Below are positions 62,170-64,000 of a stretch of 64,000 nt of DNA, one piece after another. Position numbers and translations under genes: made by a program. The stretch comes from an uncultured Nitrospiraceae bacterium (GTDB taxonomy: Bacteria > Nitrospirota > Thermodesulfovibrionia > Thermodesulfovibrionales > Dissulfurispiraceae): NCBI GenBank assembly GCA_963727805.1, contig CAVSHF010000005.1, positions 768,001 to 832,000 on the forward strand, in the 5' to 3' direction. Below the pieces are notes generated by a model. The model saw only the letters and a program-made list of their open reading frames with translations. It was not told the origin of the DNA and did no database searches. How positions within the stretch are numbered: position 1 is the stretch's first letter; each line of letters begins with the position of its first letter.

Positions 62170-63207
62170 TTACTCAATCCTTTTAACTCCCTTGAGATCA
62201 ACTGTGCGATGTGGGAAGGGGATTTCGATCCCCTCTTCCCGGAACCTTTTGACAATCCTCTTGCGCATCTCATGCTGGACTGATTGCTGAACCGAATATT
62301 CCTGAATCGGGCAAGCCAGGGTGAAGTCGAGAGAACTCTCACCAAAACCGACCAGTCGGACAGTCACTTCGCAATCTGCCAGTAATCCGTCCACATTCCC
62401 TTTCGCTTTTTCTGTCTCATCGACGAGAATCGCTTCGACTTGGTTAGGATCGGAGTCGTAACTGACACTCACGGGTAATGTAAGCATCATCTTTTTTTCA
62501 GGCAGCGAATAGTTGGTGATGACACTCCGCGAAAGCTTGTTATTCGGGATGACCACCATATTGTTCGGCAACATCTTTATCCTCGTCGTCCTCCAGGTGA
62601 TGTCCTCCACCCTACCCTCTTGTCCTGTTTCGAGCCTTATGAAATCACCTACCCGAATCGATTTTTCAACAAGTATATGGATCCCAGCAAACAGGTTGGC
62701 GAGGGTATCCTGAAGTGCCAGGGCGACCGCCAGGCCTCCCACGCCAAGGGCGGTTATTAATGGCGTAATAGAGATGCCGAGCAAAGCCAGAATAATCAGA
62801 ATCCCGATAATGTAAATCGTCCCCTTAAGCATGCCATAGGCGAGCCCTGTTGTCGGAAGAGGGAGGTCAGAATTCTGGATGTAGTCCCTGAATATCTTCC
62901 CCGCAAGATTGGCGATAGCCATGGTAACGGAGAATATCACTAACACATAGAGCCCCGCATTAAAATAAGAAACATATTTCTCAGGCAGCTCGGAGATGAT
63001 GATCCCCGCATAGAGGCCGACCGCAGTGCACCAATATATCGAAGGGATACGGACAGAATCTGTTATGATATCGCCGATCCGAGTTTCAGCCCTTCGGTCC
63101 CACTTACGCAAGAGGCCGAAGGCAATACCCCTCGCGATAACTGCGGCAACAGTCGCAGCGGCGGCTATGAAAACCGGCAGAATCAGTTTATGAACCGTTA
63201 TGTCCAT
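62170..63207 (-). CDS. MscS-family mechanosensitive channel
   Basis: LGVGGLAVALALQDTLANLFAG, RVGDFI, VIPN, GIEIPFP. Confidence 0.95.
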   Translation of the reverse strand: MDITVHKLILPVFIAAAATVAAVIARGIAFGLLRKWDRRAETRIGDIITDSVRIPSIYWCTAVGLYAGIIISELPEKYVSYFNAGLYVLVIFSVTMAIANLAGKIFRDYIQNSDLPLPTTGLAYGMLKGTIYIIGILIILALLGISITPLITALGVGGLAVALALQDTLANLFAGIHILVEKSIRVGDFIRLETGQEGRVEDITWRTTRIKMLPNNMVVIPNNKLSRSVITNYSLPEKKMMLTLPVSVSYDSDPNQVEAILVDETEKAKGNVDGLLADCEVTVRLVGFGESSLDFTLACPIQEYSVQQSVQHEMRKRIVKRFREEGIEIPFPHRTVDLKGVKRIE

Positions 63208-63234
63208 GATGCCTCCCTATGTCGAAAATAATGG

Positions 63235-63486
63235 TCACTCTTTAGCAGGCGTCTTCGGCGCCATTTCAGCCGACACCTTCTTTGCTGAAAGTGCCTTCTT
63301 GACCGCCCGCGACGAGTAGATGATAACTGTTACCAACATTCCTGCAAGTACTGATAGAAACATGACTATCGCCAGTGAGGCCTCGAACCTCCAGAAGAGA
63401 AACGAAATCGCGACCGGGGATGCGTTCTGGACTGAAAAAAGAGCTACTAGAAATACTACAAGCAAAACTACTATCAGACTCACCAT
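63235..63486 (-). CDS. LapA-family small membrane protein
   Basis: Two TM segments around FSVQN..PV.I.FLFW; GGAGG RBS. Confidence 0.85.
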   Translation of the reverse strand: MVSLIVVLLVVFLVALFSVQNASPVAISFLFWRFEASLAIVMFLSVLAGMLVTVIIYSSRAVKKALSAKKVSAEMAPKTPAKE

Positions 63487-63771
63487 TGTTACCCCTCCTG
63501 TTTTGACGGCATAGGGAACATAGTAGATTAAAAAGCTTTATATTTTACACTATCGTTCTGCACTTCATTCAGCTTCGCTTTACCGGGGTTCACACCGCCA
63601 TGCAGAGCATGCCCGACAATCCATATTTTACTCTGCCGTTGGCATAAGCTCAAGCCGTCATCCGGCTCTCGCCTCTTGCATTCATACTTCCAGATTTAGA
63701 AACGCTGATAGTATGATTGGTGGGGCTGAACGTTTGCACTGACAACATGTAATCAAGTATTATGTAAACTT

Positions 63772-63869
63772 GGGAGCGCATAGGGTTCTGGTGTCCCTCC
63801 CGGACTTCAAATCCGGTGTTGCCGGCTACAACCCGGCAGGGTGTGTTCGATTCGCACGCGCTCCCGCCA
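63772..63869 (+). tRNA. selC: tRNA-Sec (TCA)
   Basis: 8-bp acceptor stem GGGAGCGC/GCGCTCCC, anticodon arm CCGGA-CT-TCA-AA-TCCGG, long variable arm, TTCGATT loop, GCCA end. Confidence 0.95.
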
Positions 63870-63942
63870 TAGACGCCTCAATATTTCCGTTGAAGGCTAT
63901 GCTATAATTTGACAGACATCAAATAGCTTATGGAGTAAAGCC

Positions 63943-64000
63943 ATGATCAATCGATACATCGTTGTGCTGCTGGCATGCAGCCTGTTCTCTCTCTTTTTGC
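63943..64000 (+). CDS. Start of a probable exported protein, truncated by the window edge
   Basis: GGAG RBS, MINRYIVVLLACSLFSLFL signal-peptide-like start. Confidence 0.5.
   Translation, partial: MINRYIVVLLACSLFSLFL

Overview
A 64-kb bacterial chromosomal window, probably from an anaerobe. Gene order and content (pheA-hisC-aroF-tyrA-aroA-cmk-ispH-rpsA-sppA-ihf, futalosine pathway, tRNA-Sec) would fit Nitrospirota or a deltaproteobacteria-like lineage; this is inference and was not checked. Housekeeping content includes ispG, mltG, CIRCE-controlled groES-groEL, mqnD, mqnB, glgP, an aconitase, lysA-dapF-dapA, the aromatic amino acid/rpsA superoperon, nadB-pyk, a Rieske/split cytochrome b trio, mscL, mscS, and tRNA-Glu, tRNA-Lys and tRNA-Sec. 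Accessory content includes a CheB/CheR-PAS fusion whose downstream PAS gene is a pseudogene split by a left-truncated IS256, a double-cubane-cluster reductase with its ATPase activator, an orphan ACP-FabF pair and several c-di-GMP proteins. The best candidate for an undescribed system is the minus-strand cassette at about 52.1-57.5 kb. It encodes a soluble PAS histidine kinase with an unassigned N-terminal ligand-binding-like domain, a REC-LuxR-HTH regulator, a PaaK-like adenylating ligase, a LuxI/N-acyl-amide-synthase-like acyltransferase and a stand-alone receiver. Two related 20-bp palindromes lie in front of the ligase, one centred 42.5 bp upstream of an apparently leaderless start, and a candidate C-rich-loop sRNA lies downstream. 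Together these suggest a non-canonical, two-component-sensed autoinducer circuit. All calls come from motif recognition by eye; no searches were run.
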